43,158 bases of DNA from Thermoproteota archaeon (GTDB taxonomy: Archaea; Korarchaeota; Korarchaeia; Korarchaeales; Korarchaeaceae), in assembly GCA_027491395.1 (NCBI GenBank), contig JAOZFI010000054.1, positions 1-43,158 of the forward strand, read 5' to 3'. Position numbers and translations under genes: made by a program. Positions within the stretch are counted from its first letter, which is position 1. The number at the start of each line of letters is the position of its first letter. The notes under the pieces were generated by a model that searched no databases, was not told where the DNA came from, and was given only the letters and a program-made list of their open reading frames with translations. Below are positions 29,100 through 38,225 of the stretch, one piece after another.

Positions 29100-31196
29100 T
29101 CATCCCACCCATAGCAGGAGGAACAACACTACGAGCAGTCCTATGAAGAAGGCCACGAGGTACTGGTTCACCAAACCGGTCTGGAGCCTTCTAACGTAGG
29201 ATCCGAAGGCCTTGAACATCCTCACTATCCTGTCGTGGTATGTCTCATCCACCACCTCTGTCTCGAAGTACTTGAACCCTAGCACGCTCAGCCTGTCCGT
29301 CAGCCAAGGTATGAAGCGGTGATAGAAGCCATCCACTATCAGGGAGTCGAAGTATTTGAAGATCGTGCGAGAGAGCCAAGCGAAGCCACCAACGATCACT
29401 ATGTAGTAGATAGAGTTGATGTACCACCTATCGTATAGGAAATCATGTATTACCTTCCCCGCCGGATTCTCCCTGAGGGAGCGCACGGTCACCCTGCCGC
29501 TGGAGGTCATGTACAGCCCTATGGCTACTAACATACCTCCGAACACCATGGTGAGCGAGGTCGCGAGCAGCCCTATGTCCAAGTGTACGTGCGGGTGGAA
29601 CTCCTCGTGTATCCCCAACACGTTACTCACCATGGCTCCGAGTATCTCAGGACCGTAGACAGGCCAAGACAGACCCACTATGAACGATACGAGGGCTAGG
29701 GATAGGTATGGGATGAGCATCAGCGGGTGGGCCTCGTGCAAGTGGTGGTGCTCCTCAGCGTGCTTCACGTTCTCGGACATCTCGTAGAGGAAGGTCCTTA
29801 TCACCATCCTAGTGGAGTAGAAGGCAGTCAGGCCAGCGGTCACGACTCCGAACAGGTAAGCCAAGAAGACCCCTGATTCTTTCGCCACCTCTATTATGGT
29901 GTCCTTTGTCCAGAAACCCATGAAGGGCGGCACTCCCATCAGGCTCAGAGCTGCCAAGCTCATGGCTAGGAAGGACCACTTCATGGCCTTCCAGAGGCCT
30001 CCCATGTCGTCGATGAACCTAGAGTGCACCACATGTATCACGGCTCCGGCCACGAGGAAGAGGGAGGCCTTGAATATCGCATGGCTCATCAGGTGGGAGA
30101 AGCCCGCAAGAAAGCCCAGCGGGAACTCGGCGATGAGCCCAGCAGCACCCAAGGCTAGGAACATGTATCCCAGCTGGGAGGCGGTGGAGAACGCGAGTAT
30201 GAGCTTGAGCTCCCTTGAGACGAGGGCCTGGGTCGCCATGAAGAAGGCCGTGAACCCGCCTATTAGCGCTACAGCCGTGAAGAACGCGTGTACCTGAGGC
30301 TCAGCTGCGGGTATCTCGTGAGCGGCGAGCACGAATATAGGGGAGAACCTGAGCAGGAAGTAGACTCCCGCCTTGACCATGGTAGCGGCGTGGATCAGGG
30401 CGCTGACCGACGTGGGACCGGTCATTGCAGTGACGAGCCACTCGTGGAACGGGAACTGCGCCGACTTGGCGAACGCGCCCAATGAGAATATCAGGAGGAA
30501 TGGGAAGAGCAGTCCAGCGTGGGCGAGTGGACCGGCCCACTCCCCGACCATGTGGGCTATCTCCGGTATGGAGAACGTGTGAGTGAAGTAGTAGATGGCG
30601 CCTATGCCGGCAATGAATCCCACATCGCCCAGCCTAGTGAAGACTATTGCTCTCAGGCCGCTATGGCTGGGTGGGAACCACATAGGCACGCCTAAAGCCT
30701 TCCTTCCTATGTCACCGACACACCTCTCGTCCTCATCGGTGTACCAGTGGCCTATGAGCGCATACGAGGCCAGTCCGGTGCCCTCCCATCCCAAGAACAT
30801 TAGGATCAGGTTGTCAGCCAGCACGAGGAGGAGCATGCTTCCTACGAAGAAGTCAAAGAAGAACCAGTACCTAGTTAGGCCTGGGTCTCCTTCCATGTAC
30901 TTCAGGCTGTAAACTGCGATGAGGAAGCTCAGCCACGCCACTATTAACGCCATCACCGCGGCCAAGGAGTCCACATACACGCCGAAGGTAACGCCAAGCG
31001 ACTTGATCCACGGATAGGAGATATGGATGGCCTCCTCTGAGGCCAGAGCTTCCTGCAAGGTGAGGGTGGAGGCCACCGCAGCGCCGAAGATCGCTAGCAC
31101 GGCGATTACATCCCTCACCTTGCCCGCCCTGTTCAGCAGCAGCGCCAAGATCGCCCCGATGTAGGGGATCTGCCAGGTCAGGAACGCGTACTCCAT
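29100..31196 (-). CDS. nuoL: Complex I-like subunit L
   Basis: GWEGTGLASYALIG, KSAQFPFHEWL..AMTGPTSVSALIHAATMVKAG, HAIFKA, LQTG. Confidence 0.95.
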   Translation of the reverse strand: MEYAFLTWQIPYIGAILALLLNRAGKVRDVIAVLAIFGAAVASTLTLQEALASEEAIHISYPWIKSLGVTFGVYVDSLAAVMALIVAWLSFLIAVYSLKYMEGDPGLTRYWFFFDFFVGSMLLLVLADNLILMFLGWEGTGLASYALIGHWYTDEDERCVGDIGRKALGVPMWFPPSHSGLRAIVFTRLGDVGFIAGIGAIYYFTHTFSIPEIAHMVGEWAGPLAHAGLLFPFLLIFSLGAFAKSAQFPFHEWLVTAMTGPTSVSALIHAATMVKAGVYFLLRFSPIFVLAAHEIPAAEPQVHAFFTAVALIGGFTAFFMATQALVSRELKLILAFSTASQLGYMFLALGAAGLIAEFPLGFLAGFSHLMSHAIFKASLFLVAGAVIHVVHSRFIDDMGGLWKAMKWSFLAMSLAALSLMGVPPFMGFWTKDTIIEVAKESGVFLAYLFGVVTAGLTAFYSTRMVIRTFLYEMSENVKHAEEHHHLHEAHPLMLIPYLSLALVSFIVGLSWPVYGPEILGAMVSNVLGIHEEFHPHVHLDIGLLATSLTMVFGGMLVAIGLYMTSSGRVTVRSLRENPAGKVIHDFLYDRWYINSIYYIVIVGGFAWLSRTIFKYFDSLIVDGFYHRFIPWLTDRLSVLGFKYFETEVVDETYHDRIVRMFKAFGSYVRRLQTGLVNQYLVAFFIGLLVVLFLLLWVG

Positions 31197-31202
31197 CCTA
31201 GT

Positions 31203-32729
31203 TCACCCTAGCAGACCAGCCAGGGCCTTCACCATGGGATCGATGAGTAGCTGAGGCACGAGGAAAAGTATGAGACCAACGGCGGCTATGACTATCATGG
31301 GTATGAGCAGGTTACCTCCGGCCTCCTGAGCGTGTTCGGCGGCCTCAGATGGTTTGCCGAAGAATATCCTCCTCATGGTGATGAAGGAGTATGCGGTGGA
31401 GAGTCCTATGCCTATCAGCAGGAAGATTGTAACGGGAGCGAACTGGTTCATCTTCACTGCGAAGTTGGCCACTCCGGCGAGTATGAGAACCTCGCTCCAC
31501 AGGCCTAGGGACGGTGGCACTCCCGTTATGTGCATGAATCCTATGAGGGCCAGCGAGGCTGTGAGAGGCATCTTGGGAGCGAGCCCGCCCATCTTGCTCA
31601 GGCTCCTGAGACCGTGAAGTTGAGTTATCAGAACTCCAGCGGTGGCGAATAGCAGGGCCTTGCCCACGGCGTGGGCGGCGTAGTGGAGTATGGCGCCAGC
31701 CATACCCAAGGCGGTGACGCTGGCTATCCCCATAAGTAAATATCCCATCTGGGAGACGCTGGAGTAGGCGAGGAACCTCTTGAAGTCGTCCTGGGCTAGG
31801 GCCATCAGACCACCGTATATTATCGTCAGGAGAGCCAGCCCGAGCATGTATGGAGCCAGGGCTTGGAAGTCAGCTGGGAAGAGGACGTATGCTATCCTTA
31901 TCATGGCGTAGGCGGCTATGCCTATCAGATTCGGGGACAAGAGGGCCGACACCGGCGTGGGGGCCTCAGCGTGCGCATAGGGCAGCCATATGTGAACACC
32001 AAACACGGCCATCTTCACGAAGAGCCCTATCAGTATGGCTATGAACACGGGAAACCTGATCACCTCTGGCAACGCGTTGCCCAGTCCCAAGTTGGCGACG
32101 GCCTTGATGGGGTTGAAGTAGTCGAAGGTCCCTACATTGAGACCCAGTATAAGTGTACCTACCAAGAACGCCAGCGCACCTACGTGGGTCCAGATCAGGT
32201 AGAGGAGCGCTATTCTCTCCCTCTTTCCGTACCCATAGAAGGCTATCAGGAGGAAGCTCGGGAGCAGCGATATCTCCAAGAATATGTAGAACTCGATGAG
32301 GTTGGTGGAGAGCACGGTACCCATCATGGCAGCGGAGAAGAGTATGTAGAGCATGTAGTAGACGCCCCAGCCAGCTGGCTTATGGCCTTCCTCCTCCATC
32401 TCCTCGAACCTGTGGTCCATGTACTTCAGGGAGTACCAAGAGATCATGGAGGTCACTAGGCCTATGGAGATGGCTAGCGGGGCGCTTATGGAGTCTAGAA
32501 GCATTGTGAAGTTACCTAGGGTGGGATGCGCGAAGAACACGGGGTCTAGAACGGGCTCTCTGAGACCGCTGACGTAGCCGAGCCATGAGACAATAGCTAG
32601 AGGTATCAGCAGCAGTACGGTAGATATGGTGGCGAACGCCTTCTTTCCCAAGTCTAAGAACGGAAAGATTAGGGATATCACCATTGGCACGACCACTGAC
32701 AGGAACATGTAGGGGGTTTCCAGTATCAT
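31203..32729 (-). CDS. nuoM: Complex I-like subunit M
   Basis: FYIFLE, VKMAVFGVHIWLPYAHAEAP, DFKRFLAYSSVSQMG, GGLAPKMP. Confidence 0.95.
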   Translation of the reverse strand: MILETPYMFLSVVVPMVISLIFPFLDLGKKAFATISTVLLLIPLAIVSWLGYVSGLREPVLDPVFFAHPTLGNFTMLLDSISAPLAISIGLVTSMISWYSLKYMDHRFEEMEEEGHKPAGWGVYYMLYILFSAAMMGTVLSTNLIEFYIFLEISLLPSFLLIAFYGYGKRERIALLYLIWTHVGALAFLVGTLILGLNVGTFDYFNPIKAVANLGLGNALPEVIRFPVFIAILIGLFVKMAVFGVHIWLPYAHAEAPTPVSALLSPNLIGIAAYAMIRIAYVLFPADFQALAPYMLGLALLTIIYGGLMALAQDDFKRFLAYSSVSQMGYLLMGIASVTALGMAGAILHYAAHAVGKALLFATAGVLITQLHGLRSLSKMGGLAPKMPLTASLALIGFMHITGVPPSLGLWSEVLILAGVANFAVKMNQFAPVTIFLLIGIGLSTAYSFITMRRIFFGKPSEAAEHAQEAGGNLLIPMIVIAAVGLILFLVPQLLIDPMVKALAGLLG

Positions 32730-32733
32730 ACTC

Positions 32734-33039
32734 TCACCCTCTGAATTTCTTCAGCTCGTACACATCGAGGGCCCTCCTCATCCTGAACATCATTATCGCT
32801 ATGGAGACTATGACGCCGACCTCCGCAGCCGATAAGGAGATGGCTATCACCACGATAGCTCCCCCTACCGGCCCGTAGCCGGCGTCCAGCGATGCCAGGG
32901 AGAGGAAGGCCAGGAGAGCAGCATTAAAAATAATCTCGGCTGAGAGGAGCATCCTGATTATGTTTCTCCTCGTTAGAAGTCCGTATATCCCGATAGCGAA
33001 GAGTATCGAGGAGACAAACAGATACCATGAGGCCTCCAT
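32734..33039 (-). CDS. nuoK: Complex I-like subunit K
   Basis: IGIYGLLTRRNIIRMLLSAE, SAAEVGV; three TM helices. Confidence 0.93.
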   Translation of the reverse strand: MEASWYLFVSSILFAIGIYGLLTRRNIIRMLLSAEIIFNAALLAFLSLASLDAGYGPVGGAIVVIAISLSAAEVGVIVSIAIMMFRMRRALDVYELKKFRG

Positions 33040-33042
33040 TAC

Positions 33043-33525
33043 TCACACCTCCCTTCTGGCGAGAGTTATTGCCTCTATCAGCGTAGTAACCAGCGCTATC
33101 GCCGCCACGATCAGGGCGAACCAGTACTTGGTAACGAGGAGGGCAGTCAGGTCTCTGTAGTTCAGGAAGAAGGAGGGCTCAGCAGTGAACACGGAAAAGA
33201 TCTTCATCATTATTAGCGCGAGCGCGCCAGCTGCTATCACCGCGAGAGCCTTCACCGGCGGTTCGACCACCGGCGCCTCCTTCAGCATCACCACTGAGAA
33301 GAGGATGAAAGTTACGGCTGCTCCGACGTACACGGAGAGGTGGAACAGGGCTATAATTGGGAAGCCGAGCAGGGTGAAGAGGATAGAGTTGCCCACTCCC
33401 AAGATGGAGAGGAAGAACGCCGAGTACACGATGGACTTATGGTGGACTATAAGCACCGCAGCTATTACGGACATGAGAGAGGAGAGGAGGAACACCACTG
33501 AAAGGGGATCACTCAACAGGCTCAT
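33043..33525 (-). CDS. nuoJ: Complex I-like subunit J
   Basis: IVYSAFFL, VYVGAA; position between nuoI and nuoK. Confidence 0.9.
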   Translation of the reverse strand: MSLLSDPLSVVFLLSSLMSVIAAVLIVHHKSIVYSAFFLSILGVGNSILFTLLGFPIIALFHLSVYVGAAVTFILFSVVMLKEAPVVEPPVKALAVIAAGALALIMMKIFSVFTAEPSFFLNYRDLTALLVTKYWFALIVAAIALVTTLIEAITLARREV

Positions 33526-34009
33526 ATCTTATCCCCCTCTTCTCATCCAGAACGGCCCTCACCTTTCTGGGTTCCTTGTCGTACTGGGGTTTCGGTATGC
33601 CCTCCCTGAACTTCTCAGGCGGGTAGATCTGTTCCTCGAATGTGTAGAATGCTACATCGTGTACCTTGGTGAACTTGAGCGAGTTCGTCGGGCATATGTC
33701 CACGCAAAAACCGCAGAAGATACACCTAGTGTAGTTTATGCCGGGCCTCCTGACTGGCCTCTTACCCTCTTCAGATTCCTCCTTTGAGACGTACATCTTC
33801 ATCGCGTCGGCTGGGCAGACCATGGCGCAGAGACCGCACTTTATGCAGGTGTCCCAGTCGTATTCTATCATTCCCCTGTAGCCGTCGGGGAACTCCTGTA
33901 TGTCGTCAGGGTACATGAGGGTGAGCCTGTGGCCACCCAGCATGTACTTGGCCCCCGTTGCGAGGGCCTTTATGTGACGGATCGTCCTTTCAACTGCCAA
34001 CTCAAGCAC
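33509..34009 (-). CDS. nuoI: Complex I-like subunit I (2x[4Fe-4S])
   Basis: TLMYP, CIKCGLCAMVCP, CIFCGFCVDICP. Confidence 0.95.
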   Translation of the reverse strand: MLELAVERTIRHIKALATGAKYMLGGHRLTLMYPDDIQEFPDGYRGMIEYDWDTCIKCGLCAMVCPADAMKMYVSKEESEEGKRPVRRPGINYTRCIFCGFCVDICPTNSLKFTKVHDVAFYTFEEQIYPPEKFREGIPKPQYDKEPRKVRAVLDEKRGIRYEPVE

Positions 34010-35012
34010 CTCCCATTATCATGATCTCAACCAGCGAGATGAAGATGGAGATTATTGACAGGGGCAGCATCGTCTTCCATCCCAAGTCCATCGCCTGATC
34101 TATCCTGAACCTCGGGTAGACGGCCCTGAGGAAGGCCCCTATCACTATTATGATGAAGGCCTTGATGAAGAGCAGAACCCCAGGCAGGAGCGGATCGTTG
34201 GCCATGAAACCTGGTATGGGGTTCCATCCTCCCAAGAAGAGTATCGCGAACACCAAGCTGAGCACGTAGAGCTTCACATAGGAAGCTCCCATGACCAGAC
34301 CGTAGAGAATGCCGCTGTACTCGGTGTAAGCGCCTGCGACTATCTCGCTTTCAGCCTCGGGTATCTCGAATGGGAACTTGCTGGTGGACATGTACATGAG
34401 GACGAGCATGGTTATGGCCGCCACCGGATTCAGGAAGATTCCCCATATGCCTTTCTGTGCCTCAGCTATCTCCACCAAGTCTAAGGAACCGTAGAGAACT
34501 GCCATAGAAAGTGCCGACAGGAACATGGGTATCTCATAGGAGACTACTATGTAGCCCTCTCTCACACCCCCTATTAGGGAGAACTTGTTGTTGCTGGCCC
34601 ATCCCATCACCACGGTGAATATCGGGGCTAGGGTTGACAGGGCCAGCACTATGAGGAGGCTTAGATCGTTTCTGAAGGCGTAGAACGTGGGGCTGACTGG
34701 TATAGCTATGGTGGGCAGGTAGGCGGCGCCAAAGAGCAGAGCAGGGGTCATTATGAAGGCCAGCTTGTCGACGGTCTTCGGTATGATGGGCTCTTGGAAC
34801 AGGTACCTGAGCAGGTCGGCGACCATCTGTATTGCACCGCCTAACGGTTTGAGGACGTAGAGAGGACCGTACCTCAGCTGCACCTTGGCTGCTATCTTCC
34901 TCTCAAGCCAGATAATCACGAGTAGGAGCAAGAAAGCCACAGTTATCCCCGGAAATATCAGGGGAACGAACACGTAAGGCTCCATTATTACACTCAACAG
35001 GTCCTGCATCAC
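34002..35012 (-). CDS. nuoH: Complex I-like subunit H
   Basis: WLERKIAAKVQLRYGP, GWASNNKFSLIGG, PFEIPEAESEIVAG..TEYSG, PRFRIDQ. Confidence 0.96.
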   Translation of the reverse strand: MMQDLLSVIMEPYVFVPLIFPGITVAFLLLLVIIWLERKIAAKVQLRYGPLYVLKPLGGAIQMVADLLRYLFQEPIIPKTVDKLAFIMTPALLFGAAYLPTIAIPVSPTFYAFRNDLSLLIVLALSTLAPIFTVVMGWASNNKFSLIGGVREGYIVVSYEIPMFLSALSMAVLYGSLDLVEIAEAQKGIWGIFLNPVAAITMLVLMYMSTSKFPFEIPEAESEIVAGAYTEYSGILYGLVMGASYVKLYVLSLVFAILFLGGWNPIPGFMANDPLLPGVLLFIKAFIIIVIGAFLRAVYPRFRIDQAMDLGWKTMLPLSIISIFISLVEIMIMGGA

Positions 35013-36178
35013 CTATCAGCCTCCGGCGGGAAGTAATCCAGACTACCGTAAATCGCGGGGATGTCAGCGACTCTGGCTCCCTTGGTGAGGTGCTCGAAGA
35101 GTATGACGTTCCTGAACGAGGGGGTGACCATCCTCATCCTGTAGGGGCTCATCTTCCCGTCGCTGATTATGTGGAAGACGACCTCTCCCCTTCCTCCCTC
35201 TACCCTAGCCACGGCCTCTCCGGCCGGGACCCTTAGGTTGGCGAAGACTCCGGGGAACTTTATGTGACCAGTCTCCTCCACCTGCTTCCTCAGGTTCGGC
35301 GGTATCATCTTCATGTATTTCTCGTCGAGGATGGGACCGTCAGGTATATTCTTCAAGACCTGTCTGATTATCTTGATGCTCTCCTGTATCTCCCTAACCC
35401 TTACCATGACCCTAGCGAATGCATCGCCAGCCTCCTCCGTTATCACGTCGAAATCCAGTTCGGGATAGGCCGCATAGGGTTCCGCCTTCCTGACGTCGTA
35501 GGGGACTCCGCTGGCCCTTAGGTTCGGCCCAGTCACGCCAAGTTTTATCGCATCCTCCTTGGTCAGCACCCCCACTCCCTCGAGCCTGGCCCTAGTCACA
35601 GGGTTGTTGAAGTAGATGTCGAAGTAGTCGGGCATCCTGTTCTCTAGGTACCTCATCACCCTCTCCACCTTGTCCTCGAAGCCTTGAGGCAGATCCCTCC
35701 TCACCCCTCCGGGCACTATGTAGGAGTAGGTCAGTCTGGCACCCGTCAGCTCTTGTGCCAGTTCTATTAGGGGCTCTCTGTCGCCGAAGCACCACATGTA
35801 AGCGGTTGATGACCCTATCATGACCCCGTGAATGCCCATGCCGTAGAAGTGGCTGTGAATCCTGTTTATCTCCGCTAGGAGGGTCCTCAGGTACTGTGCC
35901 CTAGGTGGTGGCTCTATTCCCAGCAGCTTCTCCACGGCCATGACGTAGGCCAAGTTGTTGGCGGTGGTATCAGCCAAAGAAGGCCTCTCCACCAACGGTA
36001 TTATCTGAAGGTACTTCTTGACTTCTGCCAGCTTCTCTACCGATCGATGCACGTAACCTATGTTGGGCCTCAGCTCGACCACTATATCCCCGTCTATCTT
36101 GGCCACAAGCCTCATGTGCCCCGATGCGGGATGTTGAGGACCTATTAGTACCTCTAACTCTCTCTCCTCTAAACTCAT
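35009..36178 (-). CDS. nuoD: Complex I-like subunit D (no NiFe-binding Cys)
   Basis: GPQHP, IGYVHRSVEK, GVTGPNLRASG, EGGRGE, C-terminus GSLDYFPPEADR. Confidence 0.94.
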   Translation of the reverse strand: MSLEERELEVLIGPQHPASGHMRLVAKIDGDIVVELRPNIGYVHRSVEKLAEVKKYLQIIPLVERPSLADTTANNLAYVMAVEKLLGIEPPPRAQYLRTLLAEINRIHSHFYGMGIHGVMIGSSTAYMWCFGDREPLIELAQELTGARLTYSYIVPGGVRRDLPQGFEDKVERVMRYLENRMPDYFDIYFNNPVTRARLEGVGVLTKEDAIKLGVTGPNLRASGVPYDVRKAEPYAAYPELDFDVITEEAGDAFARVMVRVREIQESIKIIRQVLKNIPDGPILDEKYMKMIPPNLRKQVEETGHIKFPGVFANLRVPAGEAVARVEGGRGEVVFHIISDGKMSPYRMRMVTPSFRNVILFEHLTKGARVADIPAIYGSLDYFPPEADR

Positions 36179-36651
36179 GCGTTTATCCCCTCCGTCTTCA
36201 CCTTGAACTCCTTCCTGAGTGGCGGTATGCCCTCGTAGCTTTCTGGAAGCAGTAACCTCTCACCCATCCTAGGATGGCCCTCGAACACTATGCCCATGAG
36301 GTCGTGCTCTTCGTGCTCTTGGTAGAGGACGCTCGGCCAGACCTCCAGCAAGGAGGGCATCTTGGGGTCGTCGTAGGGCAGCTCGGTCCTCAGGTTGACT
36401 ATGAAGTAGGCTAGCTCCAAGTTGGAGTACGAGGATGAGACATACACTACCTCGAACCTCTCGTTCGGGTAATCGATGGCCGTGACTGCCTTAACATGGT
36501 CAAAGCCCATTTCCTTGAGCCTCTTCGCTGCCTCCACTATCTTCTCCCGAGAGACTTTCACATCCACCACATTCGGCTCCTTCCCAGAGATCTCAGCGCC
36601 CAGATCCTTCATCCTCTCCTCTATTTGACTCTTCAGTTCCTCAAACTTCAT
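36175..36651 (-). CDS. nuoC: Complex I-like subunit C
   Basis: AIDYP, EHEEHDLMGIVFEGHP, PLRKEF. Confidence 0.94.
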   Translation of the reverse strand: MKFEELKSQIEERMKDLGAEISGKEPNVVDVKVSREKIVEAAKRLKEMGFDHVKAVTAIDYPNERFEVVYVSSSYSNLELAYFIVNLRTELPYDDPKMPSLLEVWPSVLYQEHEEHDLMGIVFEGHPRMGERLLLPESYEGIPPLRKEFKVKTEGINA

Positions 36652-37165
36652 AGGTCACCAGCTCCCCCTTCCTTATCTTCCTCTGAAGCATGATTATCGC
36701 TTGGGCAACTGCCTCGGGTCTTGGCGGGCATCCAGGGATGTAGACGTGAACTGGAAGGATGTCCTTCGGTCTCACTATGTTGTAGCTGTTCCAGAATATG
36801 CCGCCATCTATGCCGCAAGCACCCATGGCAACCACGAACTTGGGATCGGGCATCTGCTCGTAGACCCATATCGCCGCCTCGGCCATCTTCTTGCTAAGGG
36901 TCCCCTCTATGAAGAGGACGTTGCACTGCCTAGACGCTATGAAGGGGAGGAACCCGAACCTCTCGGTGTCGAACTTGGGCGCGGCGGAGGCTCCGAATTC
37001 AGCTCCGCAGCAGGCGGTAGTGAAGTGGACCGGCCATAGGGAGAAGGCTATCCCCCAGTCCCTCAGGCTCCTGATGGGAGTCTTGTTCACCAGCCAAGCT
37101 GCCGCCTTCCTGGCGGCTTTCTCCAAGTTACCAACCCACATGCTTCCCTCTAATGCGCAGACCAT
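36641..37165 (-). CDS. nuoB: Complex I-like subunit B
   Basis: TACCGAE (tandem Cys), EQMPDPKFVVAMGAC, YIPGCPPRPE. Confidence 0.96.
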   Translation of the reverse strand: MVCALEGSMWVGNLEKAARKAAAWLVNKTPIRSLRDWGIAFSLWPVHFTTACCGAEFGASAAPKFDTERFGFLPFIASRQCNVLFIEGTLSKKMAEAAIWVYEQMPDPKFVVAMGACGIDGGIFWNSYNIVRPKDILPVHVYIPGCPPRPEAVAQAIIMLQRKIRKGELVTYEV

Positions 37166-37536
37166 AGTTCCAGCCTCCTAACGTAGTATATCCCGAACAC
37201 GAGAGGGGATGCGAGGATCGCCACCATGGCGCCGAAAAGAAGAGTTGTGTTTAGAATGTATCTATGGGCCTCCATCAGGAATAGGAAAGAGTAGATCATG
37301 ATGGGCTCTAGGGTAAGGAACAGGATCAGGAAGGGATAGTATTGCATCATGAAGAGGCCTCTTGCCCTCCCCCGCGGCGGGTTAGCGCACTCATACCTCT
37401 CTCTCTTTCTGGGATACTCCTTAGCTGGGGATAGTATCTTACCGAGGATAAAACCGATTATCCCAAGTCCTATACCTATCGCAATGCCTAAGGAAAATGT
37501 CACGAGGATCTCATTTGTCAAACCGAGACCTTCCAT
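37150..37536 (-). CDS. nuoA: Complex I-like subunit A
   Basis: RYECANPP, QYYPFLILFL; three TM helices; first gene of the operon. Confidence 0.93.
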   Translation of the reverse strand: MEGLGLTNEILVTFSLGIAIGIGLGIIGFILGKILSPAKEYPRKRERYECANPPRGRARGLFMMQYYPFLILFLTLEPIMIYSFLFLMEAHRYILNTTLLFGAMVAILASPLVFGIYYVRRLELWSAH

Positions 37537-37559
37537 GATTCCTTGCCCCGTTCGAGATT

Positions 37560-37700
37560 CGAAATAATAGTTAAAAGCTTTCCTAGTTGATTATTGTAAA
37601 TTAAACTGTAGATATTATAGAAATATATTTCGTAAGATATCTGAGAGAAAAATTTATTTTTATATTTTAGCCCAAGCATAAAATATATTGGGATTTTTTC
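37560..37700 (-). promoter_or_regulatory. AT-rich upstream region of the nuo operon
   Basis: Abruptly AT-rich. Perfect palindrome GAAATATATTTC at 37620-37631; AAATATATT recurs at 37681. Confidence 0.55.
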
Positions 37701-37816
37701 GTCTATCGTCGGAGTACATAGGTAGTTCGGAGCGGTTAACTTGGGATGGATCCGGTGCATCCTTATTGTGTGTGCGGTCAAAGATACTCGACCTTATCAT
37801 TAAAAAAATAGAGGTG

Positions 37817-38110
37817 CTAGTGACCTTCTAGTAGTTCTTTCACTTCCTTTCTTCCCTCCTCTAGCTCTTTCACCTGCTCGGGGTCCAGAGAGAGGAGGAG
37901 TTCTAGAAACTCTCCTACATGAGTCTTTTCCTCCTTGGCCACGTCTAAGAATATCTTTCTGGCTTTCTCATCGTCTGTCGCATTGGCGAATTGAATGTAG
38001 AGGTTTATAGCATCTAGTTCAGCTATAATGGCATACCTCAGGGCTTGAGAGAGCTCCTCACGGGTCATCTTCCTTCCTCTTGAGAGCGACGCCGGGTTCT
38101 CAGCCAGCAT
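37817..38110 (-). CDS. Short ferritin-like protein of the encapsulin-cargo (EncFtn/Flp) type
   Basis: ALRYAIIAELDAINLY...DVAKEEKTHVGEF...LDPEQ matches the ferroxidase pattern. Start at ATG 38110. Confidence 0.88.
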   Translation of the reverse strand: MLAENPASLSRGRKMTREELSQALRYAIIAELDAINLYIQFANATDDEKARKIFLDVAKEEKTHVGEFLELLLSLDPEQVKELEEGRKEVKELLEGH

Positions 38111-38225
38111 GTAAGACCACCCCACTACCGAGGAGGCTTTCCCTTTAAAGTTGGAGGGATCCCTCAGTAGGAGCCCCTGAACCCTCTAGAATGCTTATTT
38201 CGTAAAAAGAGTGAACAAAATCAAG

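Noticed and set aside
35009-37165. Group 4 NiFe hydrogenase or MBS
   Set aside because: The large subunit lacks the N- and C-terminal Cys motifs, and NuoB has the tandem CC of complex I.
37518-37781. 87-aa ORF upstream of nuoA
   Set aside because: It runs through the AT-rich promoter region with atypical codons and no motif.
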